Of a stretch of 56,882 nt of DNA, positions 47,137 to 56,787 are shown in pieces. A program made the translations under genes and the position numbers. A model generated the notes under the pieces. It did no database searches. It saw only the letters and a list, made by a program, of their open reading frames with translations, and was not told where the DNA came from. The stretch is from Patescibacteria group bacterium (GTDB lineage Bacteria > Patescibacteriota > Microgenomatia > PFEM01 > JBHPGO01): the NCBI GenBank assembly GCA_042570465.1, contig JBHPGO010000003.1, positions 1-56,882 of the forward strand, read 5' to 3'. How positions within the stretch are numbered: the first letter of the stretch is position 1; every line of letters begins with the position of its first letter.

Positions 47137-49149
47137 CTAATTCCTAATATCTATCTCAAATATTTTGCTCCCACTCAAAAACCAAATCTTTCCCACTTCT
47201 TCCGAACAAACAATCCTTTCGGCCTGAGCAAGCTTTTCGTTTCGGTAGCTGGCTTGATATTCACCCGACTTTGCCAAAACAACCACCTGTGAATTGCCTT
47301 GATCCAAAAGATAGAGATTCTCAGCCTCATCATTGGTATAAATAGCCACCGGACGGTTAAAAGCCTCTTCCAAACCAGCGATTCCAAAAGCATCTTTTAA
47401 TCCCCGGCTAAATTTCCAAATAATACCTCCTTCTTTTAAAACCCAAATCGAACCATCAATGGCCATTGAAACCGCTCCTGTAAAATCAAGCCCTTCTTCT
47501 TTTAACCAAAATCGCTCATTGCCAAAACCAGTTTCAGCAACCGGATACTGCCAAAGACCAACTCCTTCTTCAAGCAAGTACAAATTGCTGGCAAAAGAGA
47601 GAAAATCAATCGAGCGAGCCCTTACTTCCTTAGAGCTCACCACCCATTGCTCTTTTTTACTTAGCCGATTAATCGACAAAATCCCGTTTTCAGAAAGAAC
47701 AAATACTTTGGGTAAATAGGCCGCGACTTGAAGCGCCCCTTTTAAATTTTCTCCTCCGGCAATAATGGCTGATTTCTTTTCCTGAGTATCTAATTCATAA
47801 ACAGAATTATTTTGTTTGTCTAAAATGATCATTTTCTTGCCCGAAAAAGCCCAATCATCTCCCCTGGCCTTGGGCTTAATTAGCTCTAAGTCAAAAAATT
47901 CACTCACTTCAACCGAACGTTCTTTGATGACCTGGCTCAAACGCTGATTCAGAAGAGTTTTGAATTTCAAAAACTCTTCTGAACCCAAACCTTCAGTCTC
48001 AATTCGTTGATTAAGTTCTTGGACTTCTAAAAAGTATTGCCTTGCTAAAGCAGGGTTGAGATCTAAAAGAGCCTCACCTTCTGCTAATTTCTGCTGAGCC
48101 TCCTCAAACCAAATATCAGTTTTTTGCTCAATATTAATCTTTTTTCTTTGTTGACCACCAAAATACACGCTGACCGCTAAAATCAATAACAAAACAAAAA
48201 CAACCGAAAAGATTGTTTTTTTGGACCGCTCTGGCTTGATCCCCAAAGCTCCTTGACCAGAAGCTGAAAGACCCTGTCTTTCTTGCTTCAGGTAAATAGC
48301 TTTTTTTTCCAAACGCTTTTGAAATTGATAAAACCACTTACCAACTGTTCGAGCCAATAATTCCTTACCCGAAAAGCCAATTTTAAACTTTTTATCTCCT
48401 GATCCAGATTGAGTTTGATCCCTGACTTTAGTTACCAAACGATCGCTTTCCCGATTATCGTTTACCTTAACCGCCTTGGCCCCGACAGTTGAAATATCAA
48501 CTTCAGATTCTTGCCGAAACTGACAAATTACTGCCGCCGCTAAACCACTTTCCTCATGACCATGAATAACCGGCGCTAAGGTTTCGGCGGCTTCATCCGG
48601 AACCCGGCTGGCTAAAGCCGCTTTGAGAACTCCGTCTGCTACCCGAGCAAAAAAACCGGCAGTTCCCAACAAAAAAATATCGCTTTCTTGTAAAAAACCA
48701 CTGGCAACCTCGATCGTTTGACTTCCGCTTAGAACTCTTCCCATTTGGCCATTTCTCTGTAAAATCGCCGCCCCGCTTCCCAGGATAGCTAAATACAAGA
48801 CATTATCCAAAACAACCGCAGCTCCAATTTCGACCTTAATCCCAACCTCAGATTCAGGGTCACTGCTGGCGGCTTCTTGACAAACCTTATTAACCGCCTT
48901 TTCAAGCCTTTCTAAAGCTCCCCCTGATAAATTACCGTAATATTCCTCATGAAGCCGAGAAATTACTTCCCGACCAGTCGCCACCGCTTCTACTCCTTGC
49001 GATAAACCATTCAAAGAAAGAACCGCCAATAGTTCACCCCGTAATTTTCTTTGACCGGGATCCTCCGGAGAAAAAAGATGAACCTGTGACCAGGAGTTTT
49101 CAGTTGCGGTTCCGACTACCTTGGCAGTTTCAAACAAAAATCTTTGCAT
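47137..49149 (-). CDS. membrane protein with PP2C-like N-terminal domain and C-terminal beta-propeller
   Basis: central TM helix; SMAIDGSIWVL, LYLLDQGNSQVVVL. Confidence 0.7.
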   Translation of the reverse strand: MQRFLFETAKVVGTATENSWSQVHLFSPEDPGQRKLRGELLAVLSLNGLSQGVEAVATGREVISRLHEEYYGNLSGGALERLEKAVNKVCQEAASSDPESEVGIKVEIGAAVVLDNVLYLAILGSGAAILQRNGQMGRVLSGSQTIEVASGFLQESDIFLLGTAGFFARVADGVLKAALASRVPDEAAETLAPVIHGHEESGLAAAVICQFRQESEVDISTVGAKAVKVNDNRESDRLVTKVRDQTQSGSGDKKFKIGFSGKELLARTVGKWFYQFQKRLEKKAIYLKQERQGLSASGQGALGIKPERSKKTIFSVVFVLLLILAVSVYFGGQQRKKINIEQKTDIWFEEAQQKLAEGEALLDLNPALARQYFLEVQELNQRIETEGLGSEEFLKFKTLLNQRLSQVIKERSVEVSEFFDLELIKPKARGDDWAFSGKKMIILDKQNNSVYELDTQEKKSAIIAGGENLKGALQVAAYLPKVFVLSENGILSINRLSKKEQWVVSSKEVRARSIDFLSFASNLYLLEEGVGLWQYPVAETGFGNERFWLKEEGLDFTGAVSMAIDGSIWVLKEGGIIWKFSRGLKDAFGIAGLEEAFNRPVAIYTNDEAENLYLLDQGNSQVVVLAKSGEYQASYRNEKLAQAERIVCSEEVGKIWFLSGSKIFEIDIRN

Positions 49150-49155
49150 TGATTT

Positions 49156-49419
49156 TTAAAGAATAATTAAAGACAGAAGAAAAATTCCCAGGGCAACTAT
49201 AAGATGAGCCCAGGAAACTAATTTCAAGGTTCTATCATACCCCCCCTGGAGAGTTCGTGTCATTAAATTAACTTGACGAACCACCATTCCCGCAAAGGCC
49301 AGGTAAAGAGTTAAACCAATCAAAAACAATATTTTGATAAAGATCCAAGGACTAAGCCAAGCCGGAAAAAATGAGGCTAAACTACTAAGATCATCGGCTG
49401 GAATAATTGAGTTATCCAT
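49156..49419 (-). CDS. small membrane protein
   Basis: two TM helices, VVRQVNLM. Confidence 0.65.
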   Translation of the reverse strand: MDNSIIPADDLSSLASFFPAWLSPWIFIKILFLIGLTLYLAFAGMVVRQVNLMTRTLQGGYDRTLKLVSWAHLIVALGIFLLSLIIL

Positions 49420-49420
49420 C

Positions 49421-50137
49421 TTACCTCACTCTTCCTTCCAATTTTTCCTGTTCCTCTTCGAGGACCAACTCATTTAAAACTTTTGAAACCTGCTCGGGGT
49501 TTAAAATGGCTTCAAAGTAAATCTCAACTTTTGGACCAGCAGTTTGGATCGCTACATCCCCAAAATTAAAAAGTGATCTGGTAAATCCCCCAACCCTGAT
49601 ACTAACATCTTGAATCTGGTCAAGCTTGGTCTCGCTGATATCTTTGTAAAGAAGGCTAGGAAAATCAATATCAATAATCCTTTCATCGGTAATGATATTG
49701 ACATTAAAAAGCCAAGATAAAAATTTCTCAAAAGCAAAGGCGAACGAAGCAAGCCACCAAACCAAAGCAATAATCAGCCGATAACGAAAGGGTAATTCAA
49801 AAGGAAAATAGTTCAAAAACAAAAAAGGCGCCATCACTAAAGCTAAAGTTGTTAAGATCCAGGATAAATTGGTGATAAAGTGCCGCCTCAGTAAAAGAAT
49901 AACTCTTTCTTTTCTTTCCTGAGTCTCAAAATTCAGCGTCTTAGGCTGGGCCACAAAAGACGACCAGTGACTTTTATTTCGCTGTTCCGGCCGAATGATT
50001 TTTTCAATTTTGGCCTTATAGGTCGGGTGATGAAAGAAGCGGGCGGGAGCTCGTTCCACTGAAGTTTTTGTTTTTGATTTGGCTTTTTTTTTGGGTGCGG
50101 TGTAAATTTCAGGCATAATTGGGTAGACTATTAGCAA
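49421..50137 (-). CDS. bacterial PH-domain membrane protein
   Basis: IITDERIID, IQDVS, FNFGDVAIQTAG. Confidence 0.8.
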   Translation of the reverse strand: MLIVYPIMPEIYTAPKKKAKSKTKTSVERAPARFFHHPTYKAKIEKIIRPEQRNKSHWSSFVAQPKTLNFETQERKERVILLLRRHFITNLSWILTTLALVMAPFLFLNYFPFELPFRYRLIIALVWWLASFAFAFEKFLSWLFNVNIITDERIIDIDFPSLLYKDISETKLDQIQDVSIRVGGFTRSLFNFGDVAIQTAGPKVEIYFEAILNPEQVSKVLNELVLEEEQEKLEGRVR

Positions 50138-50299
50138 ACTTTTAGTTTGCGTGTATTAAATTGTTGATAAAGTAGTCAATTAAGTGGTCGATACTAAACT
50201 AAAGCTAAATATTTGGCCAATCAATCAACGTGGCGAAGCCACCAATAAACAACCTAATCAACGCAGCGCTAACTGCAAATATTCAACAAATTCATTCTA

Positions 50300-52045
50300 T
50301 CACTTCTTCTCAAGGTTAAATAGGGGACTACGAATAGCAATATAGCCGGGAGCCCTTAAGTTAAAGGCCTGCTTAAATTCAGAGCCCGAAACAGTCACCG
50401 AACCCCGATCAGTTCCAAAAGCCAAAGAGCTTGTTTCGCCGTTTTGACTGTAGGTCACTGAGACCGAGTCTGCTCGACTAAAGGCTCCCCCATATTGATT
50501 GGCGACAGCCTTAAGCTCACTAAGACTATAGGGATTCCCGCCTGTTCCCCCAACCGAACATTGATTGATCGTCACTGGTAAAATTCGCTCCACCTCAGCC
50601 TCGCTCCCGTTTTGCCGGACTCGCCAAGCATTGAGAATATCGGCCATCTCTTCCTGATTTAACCATGGGTGAGAATGACCACAATTGCCGGAACCGGATG
50701 TAAACCCGGAAGTAAACCAGGAACTATAAAACCAAGGCGAACCAGCCTTGCTTTCCCACGATCGAGTGGCAAAACCAGCCCCTCCCTGACCATCGACCGT
50801 GTCCCAACCCGAGGTGGTCAAATAACCACCGGCTGTCGAAGAGTAGTAGGTAACCACTCCTTCGATCACCTGGCCCCGAGTGGCCGCTACCGCCTCTCGC
50901 CACTGAGACGGAGGATTATTAGCCTTGGACTGAGAAAAAACCTGGCAAGCTTGGGTTGTGCAAATCGAACGCCCCTCAGCTTTATAACGATAAGCGTAAC
51001 TACGAGCCGCAATGGCTTGAGCCTTCAAAGCCTCAAATGGCCAAGACGAAGGCATTTCAGCAATCCCCATCAAATAATAATTTTCAAAATCTAAAGCTCC
51101 GTAACCAGTAACTGAAATTGTTCCTCCGGTGTCTTTACCAACTGGTGAACGACCGTAATAAGCCGAAAGAACCTGGTCAGCGTTTTGGCCGGCCTCGACT
51201 CGACCCTTGGCACCGTATTGGCTCATTCCTTTCCGGTGAGTCCAAGCTCCAAAAGAAAATGCCGCAAACCAAGTCCCTCCGCCAGGGTCACAATAAGCCG
51301 GTGTTCCCGGTGGACCAGAGCAAGGAATATTGCTCAAAGGCACTTCACCCACGCTGGTGGTAAAAGTCCCGGCCCTGGCCGCCAGCAGGGCCTGTTGCTT
51401 AACCGTCAGCTGGGAAATCAAACCCTCAACTTTACTAAAAAACCCTTCCACTTTTTCAACTTCAGCCCGCAGATTCTGAGCCTGCTGATCAACCCGATTC
51501 TTTGTCGCCACCAGCCAGGCTTTATTTTCCTCAGTTTTTTCCTTGTCTAAATTTAGACTTTTTAAATCTTGGGAGATTCCAAGAATTGTCTGTCGGTCTT
51601 CATTGGTCGCTGTCTGGCGGTAAGAAAGTTCTCTCAATAAGTCAGCCGCGTTTGAAGAGGCTAAGAAAAGAAGAAAAGGAGAAAAACGACGGCTCCTTTT
51701 ATAATAACTGCGAACCCGTGCCGCCAGTATTTCTTCTTGATAAGCCAATTTTTCTTCACGATCAACAATCTCTTCCTTGAGCTGGTCAAGCTGGCCCTCG
51801 GCCGACTTGATTAAGGACTGAGTGTTTTTCAAGCTTTTTTCTAAAGCCAAAAGTCCTTCCTTATTATTTTCATGAGCCCCTAAGCGAGCGTTAATCTCTT
51901 CTTGGCATTCTTCAATCGCTTTTTGGTATTCATCAGGGTTGCTATAGTCTTTAACTTCACAAGTTGCCCAAACAGAACTAACTAAATAAAAACAAAAAGC
52001 TAAACTCAAGAAGGGAAAAATGATCAGTATTTTTAAAAGCCTCAT
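50300..52045 (-). CDS. SpoIID/LytB-domain peptidoglycan hydrolase with coiled coil
   Basis: signal peptide, coiled coil, HRKGMSQYGA, EMPSSWPFEALKAQAIAARSY. Confidence 0.88.
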   Translation of the reverse strand: MRLLKILIIFPFLSLAFCFYLVSSVWATCEVKDYSNPDEYQKAIEECQEEINARLGAHENNKEGLLALEKSLKNTQSLIKSAEGQLDQLKEEIVDREEKLAYQEEILAARVRSYYKRSRRFSPFLLFLASSNAADLLRELSYRQTATNEDRQTILGISQDLKSLNLDKEKTEENKAWLVATKNRVDQQAQNLRAEVEKVEGFFSKVEGLISQLTVKQQALLAARAGTFTTSVGEVPLSNIPCSGPPGTPAYCDPGGGTWFAAFSFGAWTHRKGMSQYGAKGRVEAGQNADQVLSAYYGRSPVGKDTGGTISVTGYGALDFENYYLMGIAEMPSSWPFEALKAQAIAARSYAYRYKAEGRSICTTQACQVFSQSKANNPPSQWREAVAATRGQVIEGVVTYYSSTAGGYLTTSGWDTVDGQGGAGFATRSWESKAGSPWFYSSWFTSGFTSGSGNCGHSHPWLNQEEMADILNAWRVRQNGSEAEVERILPVTINQCSVGGTGGNPYSLSELKAVANQYGGAFSRADSVSVTYSQNGETSSLAFGTDRGSVTVSGSEFKQAFNLRAPGYIAIRSPLFNLEKK

Positions 52046-52085
52046 CTTGCTTCAAAGTATAACACCCCCTGGTTGCCCCGAACAA

Positions 52086-52475
52086 TAGCTTAGGAATAGG
52101 AATTAGGCGTTAGGCGATAGGTGATAGGCGATAGGTTAAGAGGAACGAGGATAAGAGTGATGAGTCGCGGATATTGAAGACAGAAGATAGAATACAGAAT
52201 CAGGAATTAGGTAATTAGGGTATAGATATTAGGCGTTAGGTATTAGTAATTAGTAATTAGAAATTAGGGATTAGGCGTTAGGGCATAGGGCATAGGGCAT
52301 AGGGTATAGAATTTAGAATACAGAAAATTAGAAATTAGTGATTAGGATTGAATCGAGTTAAACAAATTAAACGATTTGAACGGTTTAAACGGTTTGAACA
52401 TTTAGATTTGTTTAGAATTTCGAAATTAGGATTTAGGATTTGTTTAGAAATTAGTAATTAGAAATTAGAAATTTC
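52086..52475. repeat. large 7-mer/9-mer tandem repeat region
   Basis: TAGGAAT, TAGGCGT, TAGGGCA, TAGAAAT and TTTAAACGG units. Confidence 0.9.
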
Positions 52476-52524
52476 AATATTTCCCTCTTGTCAGTCAATT
52501 TTTTTTCGTGCTAGACTGGAATTA

Positions 52525-53364
52525 ATGAAAAGAGTTCTTCTGATTCTTAGTTTATTTTTATTGGGCTTTGTTTTCTTGTCTTCACCTTCATCAATTTCTG
52601 CCCAAGGTTTTGTCACCTGCAGCTATTTCGGAGACTCTTGCTTGACCGGCAATAATTTTTGCGCCTGGCTTCATGAGGCCCCAAGTGATTGGGCCGGTCA
52701 GTGCAGTATAAACAATGGCCTTGGCGGCGGCTGTCTCGGCATGCAAATCCCTTGTGTCCCTGTTCCCTGTGGAGACGAGGGAGATATCTGCTGTGAAGGC
52801 GGTGGCACCGGCGGCCTTTGGTGTAACCCTCCCAACATCCCCAACAATCCCAATAGCCCTGACCCAAGCTTCTGTCATTGTATGGGGCCAGCAGACGCTT
52901 GCGGCGATCTTTACGAACCCTGTTGTGGACTTCTGGCACCCCATTACTGCCATGACCCCTTATTACCTTCCAATGAATGGGATTCATTTTCTTGCACCTG
53001 CGAAAACCCACCCGCCCCACCACCCCCCCCTGGCGGTGGTGTCGCTGATGGGGCCTGCAAAACTCCCGGCAGTAGTGAATACAACGGAGTTATGACCGCC
53101 ATTGGTTGTATTGGCGTCATCGATCTTTCTGACCTTATGGTCAGTCTCAGCACGATCATGTTTTCAGTCGCCGGCGGTATCGCTTTCCTGATGATGGTTT
53201 TTGGAGCAATTCAAGTTTTGACTTCGGCCGGAGACCCCAAAAAACTCCAAGGAGGAAGACAGCTCATCACCTCCGCTCTGCTCGGTCTACTTTTCATAGT
53301 TTTTGCGGTCTTTATTTTTAGAACTATCACTCGGGATATTCTTCATCTACCTGGTTTTAGTTAA
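52525..53364 (+). CDS. CPR-type pilin (VirB2/TrbC-like C-terminus) with Cys-rich N-terminal domain
   Basis: TAIGCI...GGIAFL...TSAGDPKKL..GR..ITSALLGL. Confidence 0.8.
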   Translation: MKRVLLILSLFLLGFVFLSSPSSISAQGFVTCSYFGDSCLTGNNFCAWLHEAPSDWAGQCSINNGLGGGCLGMQIPCVPVPCGDEGDICCEGGGTGGLWCNPPNIPNNPNSPDPSFCHCMGPADACGDLYEPCCGLLAPHYCHDPLLPSNEWDSFSCTCENPPAPPPPPGGGVADGACKTPGSSEYNGVMTAIGCIGVIDLSDLMVSLSTIMFSVAGGIAFLMMVFGAIQVLTSAGDPKKLQGGRQLITSALLGLLFIVFAVFIFRTITRDILHLPGFS

Positions 53365-53384
53365 ATCGATTAATTAAATAAAAA

Positions 53385-53705
53385 ATGAACTTTAACTTTA
53401 GAGATTTCAGCGCCAGTATCAAAGATCCGGTCAGTAGTCGTTTTTCCACCATCGGAGAAATCTTTTCCGGCCGGGGTTCTAATCCTGGCCTTCTGGACTA
53501 TGTTTTTATTTTGGCTGGTTTCGCGTTGTTGATCTACCTGATCATCGGCGGCTTTGAGCTTTTAACTTCCGGAGGCAACCCGGAGAGCATTAACCGAGGC
53601 AAAGGAAGAATCACTCACGCCATTATCGGCTTTATAATCATTTTTACCAGCTACTGGGTGATTCAGCTCCTCGAAGTCATTCTTGGAGTTTCTATCTTAG
53701 ACTAA
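53385..53705 (+). CDS. CPR-type pilin
   Basis: LIIGGF..LTSGGNPE...GKGRITHAIIG. Confidence 0.8.
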   Translation: MNFNFRDFSASIKDPVSSRFSTIGEIFSGRGSNPGLLDYVFILAGFALLIYLIIGGFELLTSGGNPESINRGKGRITHAIIGFIIIFTSYWVIQLLEVILGVSILD

Positions 53706-53785
53706 GTGTTAGTCCTAAGCCCTATTCCTTAAACTCTAAATTCTAAACAAAATCTCAGCCAGGGGCTGATCAGCCTTTGGCTGAC

Positions 53786-53920
53786 AAATGTTCAAATCGT
53801 TCAAACCGTTTAAAATGTTTAAGGCGTTTAACCTTGCCCAGTTTTAATTACTTAATTACCAATTACTTAATTTCTAATATCTAATTTCTAATTTCTATTT
53901 ACTAATTACCAATTACCAAT
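53786..53920. repeat. 9-mer and 7-mer repeat array
   Basis: GTTCAAATC GTTCAAACC GTTTAAAAT GTTTAAGGC; TAATTAC/TAATTTC units. Confidence 0.85.
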
Positions 53921-54680
53921 TATCGTCTTCTGTCTTCAATTTCTTCTTATAAGCTGAAAACTTTCCACCCCCAAAACGCCGATCTCGAGCCTGAAAATCC
54001 AAAATAATTTTTTTCAACTTAGAGGGGCTAAAATCCGGCCAAAGAGTATTAGTAAAAAAAAGCTCGGCGTAAGAAAGCTGCCAAAGTAAAAAATTGGACA
54101 ATCTTTTTTCTCCTCCGGTTCTGATCAGCAAATCCGGATCCGGCTCACCGTTGGTGTATAAAAACTTACCAAATGTTTTTTCATTAATTTTTTCCGGCGG
54201 CAATTTCTTTTCAACGATTTTTTTAACCGCCCGGATAATTTCGTCTCGGCCACCATAATTAAGAGCGACATTTACTTTGAGCCGCTCATGTTTTTTAACA
54301 ATTCCCAGCATTTCTTCAATCGCCCGGCTTACCCGTCGGGGAAAAGCCTGGAAATTTCCTAAAATCGTCATTTTAATTCCCTTTTTCCGATATTCATTCT
54401 TTTTTTCCTTGACAATTTTAGTTAAAAGGGCAAAAAGACCCTCAACCTCTTGCTTGGCTCTTTTGCGCCAATTCTCAGTTGAAAGAGCATAAATCGTCAA
54501 TTGCTTAACCCCCAGGTCAAGACAGGTCTCAACGATCTTAACCAAGGCATCGACTCCCGCCCGATGACCTTCCATCGGAGTCAGGTTTCTTTTGGCTGCC
54601 CAACGGCGATTGCCATCCATGATGATCCCGATGTGCTCAGGAGCTTTCTTTTTATCGATTTCAGTTTTCCTTTTGGTCAT
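53913..54680 (-). CDS. uppS: undecaprenyl diphosphate synthase
   Basis: HIGIIMDGNRRWA, STENWR, NYGGRDEI, RTGGEKRLSNFLLWQ. Confidence 0.96.
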   Translation of the reverse strand: MTKRKTEIDKKKAPEHIGIIMDGNRRWAAKRNLTPMEGHRAGVDALVKIVETCLDLGVKQLTIYALSTENWRKRAKQEVEGLFALLTKIVKEKKNEYRKKGIKMTILGNFQAFPRRVSRAIEEMLGIVKKHERLKVNVALNYGGRDEIIRAVKKIVEKKLPPEKINEKTFGKFLYTNGEPDPDLLIRTGGEKRLSNFLLWQLSYAELFFTNTLWPDFSPSKLKKIILDFQARDRRFGGGKFSAYKKKLKTEDDNW

Positions 54681-54973
54681 AAATCTGAATTATCCTTATT
54701 TGCCCTCCAAAGCTCAATACTCGCCAATAAATCTACTGCTTCTTGGTGTCGTTTATCTCTCATTCGTAATCTGCCAACAGAGCCAGGTCCAGTTACAGGT
54801 CCAGCTGAACTTCTTCTATAAAGACAAGCTTCATGGAAGTGAGGCCTGAGATGAGGTTCATGGCAACTTGAACAATTTGTCCCATTAAGAGTCAAACGGT
54901 GATTGTTCAGTCTCCAAGCATTGGCTCCGGTTTTCCCTCTTTCACTCAAGCCACTAACCTCCTTATTAACCAA
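54677..54973 (-). CDS. hypothetical protein with possible zinc-ribbon start
   Basis: WRL...LNGTNCSSC. Confidence 0.45.
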   Translation of the reverse strand: MVNKEVSGLSERGKTGANAWRLNNHRLTLNGTNCSSCHEPHLRPHFHEACLYRRSSAGPVTGPGSVGRLRMRDKRHQEAVDLLASIELWRANKDNSDL

Positions 54974-55215
54974 TAAACAGTTCCTAAAACCAGAATTCCA
55001 AAAAAACCTAAAGTCACAAAAATTCCAATTTGGGAGCGGTCCCGGCGAAGCTTATTAAAAGTCCTTTGTGGATGAACTAGTAATCCGTAGGAATTACTCA
55101 AAAGAAGATAGCCCTCTTTAAGCGTCGTCAGTAGAAAAAGCCTTGGCAAAAGCTTTTCTGGCCCGAAAAAGTCTTGACTCCACCGCTTTAGTCGTTTCAT
55201 TAAGTCTGAAGGCAA
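54946..55215 (-). CDS. small membrane protein (start uncertain)
   Basis: YGLLVHPQRTF plus C-terminal TM helix. Confidence 0.45.
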   Translation of the reverse strand: MPSDLMKRLKRWSQDFFGPEKLLPRLFLLTTLKEGYLLLSNSYGLLVHPQRTFNKLRRDRSQIGIFVTLGFFGILVLGTVYWLIRRLVA

Positions 55216-55642
55216 TTTCTTTAACTGATAAGCCCTCGTAATACTTTAGTCGTAAAACTTCGGAATATCCTTCGCTTAGCTCGGCCAAAGTCCACTTAAC
55301 CTTCCCTTCAAACTCTTGGCGCAATAAGATCTGCTCTGGCCCCAAAGCCTGGCCAACAAGCTCTTCCAACCAAGGAAAGCGGGAAAAAAAGAATTTTTTT
55401 ATCTTTTTTTTACGGTAGTGATCAGCAATTTCGTGGCGAGCAATGGCACAAAGCCAAGTAAAAACAGAGGAGCGACCCTTAAAACGAGTACAAGCTTCAC
55501 TGGCGACAACCAGGGTTTCCTGAAGAATTTCCTCCACATCCTCAGTTAAAGCAATTTTACGGGCAATAAAATTCCTTAATCGTCTTTGATACTGACGATA
55601 AATGATTTGAGTAAATTCTTCTTGGTTTGTTTTAATAGTCAT
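55118..55642 (-). CDS. ECF sigma factor
   Basis: EEILQET, FTWLCAIARH, LKYYEGLSVKEIA..AVESRLFRARK. Confidence 0.9.
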   Translation of the reverse strand: MTIKTNQEEFTQIIYRQYQRRLRNFIARKIALTEDVEEILQETLVVASEACTRFKGRSSVFTWLCAIARHEIADHYRKKKIKKFFFSRFPWLEELVGQALGPEQILLRQEFEGKVKWTLAELSEGYSEVLRLKYYEGLSVKEIAFRLNETTKAVESRLFRARKAFAKAFSTDDA

Positions 55643-55661
55643 TTGAATAAAACCAGAACTA

Positions 55662-56726
55662 TTAGTGCTTTCTGGTCGCCACAAAATCAATCGCCTGCTT
55701 GAGTTGGTCACGAGCCGGCTGCTGAGAAAGAAACGACAATTGACGATCAAAAATTCGATGAGCCTCAGCCTGGAATTTGGTTACCTGCTCACCGGCGTAT
55801 TCTAAACTACCATACTTTTCCATGACTGACAAAACCCAATCAATTTCATTTTGAGTCTTGCTTTCTCTTTTTTTCTTCAAAATCTCAATAAGTTTTTGCC
55901 TATCTTTTCCTTTTGACTCGGCCAATAAATGGGCTAAAATAATTGTTCTTTTGCCTTCCCAGATATCGTTTCCTTTTTGTTTTTTCAAGCCTCTAAAGTC
56001 TGAGACTAAATCCAGTAAATCATCACGAATCTGAAAACAATACCCTAAGGCTCGTCCAAATTGGTAGAGAGAGTTTAGTTGACTCGAAGAAGCCCCAGCC
56101 AAAATTGCCCCAAGCCGCATTGGCCCGGCACAAGTGTAGTAAACTGTCTTGCTTTCCATAATAAAGTAAATATCTTCCTCGGTTAAATTCAATTTATTTT
56201 CCGTGGCCCATTTAATTTCAGTTGTCTGCCCCAAAGTCGTTCTCTTGAGCATGACGCAAAATTCTTTAATGATTCGCATCGCCTTTTGATGACTGATGAT
56301 CGAAAAATTGTCGTTCAAAATTTCCCACATTAAAACATGTAAGGCATCACCGGCATTGACCGCTAAACCATTTGAGTACTGTTCATGCAAGGTTGGCTTC
56401 CCTCTCCGCTTCAGTGACTGATCCTCAACATCATCATGAACTAAAATCCAATCTTCACTCATCTGCATCGCCGCCGCTGTTTTTATGGCTTTCTCATGAT
56501 CAAAGCCCATTGCTTCGGTGGTGAGAAGAAGTAAAGTCGGCCTGAAATATTTCCCTTTTCGATAAGGGTATTCAAAAGCCACTTCGTGGTGAAAATTAAC
56601 TAAAGCCTGATAAGAATCGTCAACACGGCAATAATCCGGAAAAACAGTTAACTGCTCAAGATAATCTTTAATTTCCTGCCAAACTAATTTTCTTTTTTCA
56701 AGAAGGGTTTGTTTAAAATTTCCCAT
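55662..56726 (-). CDS. polyprenyl (GGPP-type) diphosphate synthase
   Basis: GKYFRP, LVHDDVED..RRG, FQIRDD, DIWEGKRT. Confidence 0.92.
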   Translation of the reverse strand: MGNFKQTLLEKRKLVWQEIKDYLEQLTVFPDYCRVDDSYQALVNFHHEVAFEYPYRKGKYFRPTLLLLTTEAMGFDHEKAIKTAAAMQMSEDWILVHDDVEDQSLKRRGKPTLHEQYSNGLAVNAGDALHVLMWEILNDNFSIISHQKAMRIIKEFCVMLKRTTLGQTTEIKWATENKLNLTEEDIYFIMESKTVYYTCAGPMRLGAILAGASSSQLNSLYQFGRALGYCFQIRDDLLDLVSDFRGLKKQKGNDIWEGKRTIILAHLLAESKGKDRQKLIEILKKKRESKTQNEIDWVLSVMEKYGSLEYAGEQVTKFQAEAHRIFDRQLSFLSQQPARDQLKQAIDFVATRKH

Positions 56727-56787
56727 AATTTACAGAGGTATGATTGGTTAAATTCTACCAAAGAAACAGCTTTTTTCAAAACAAATC

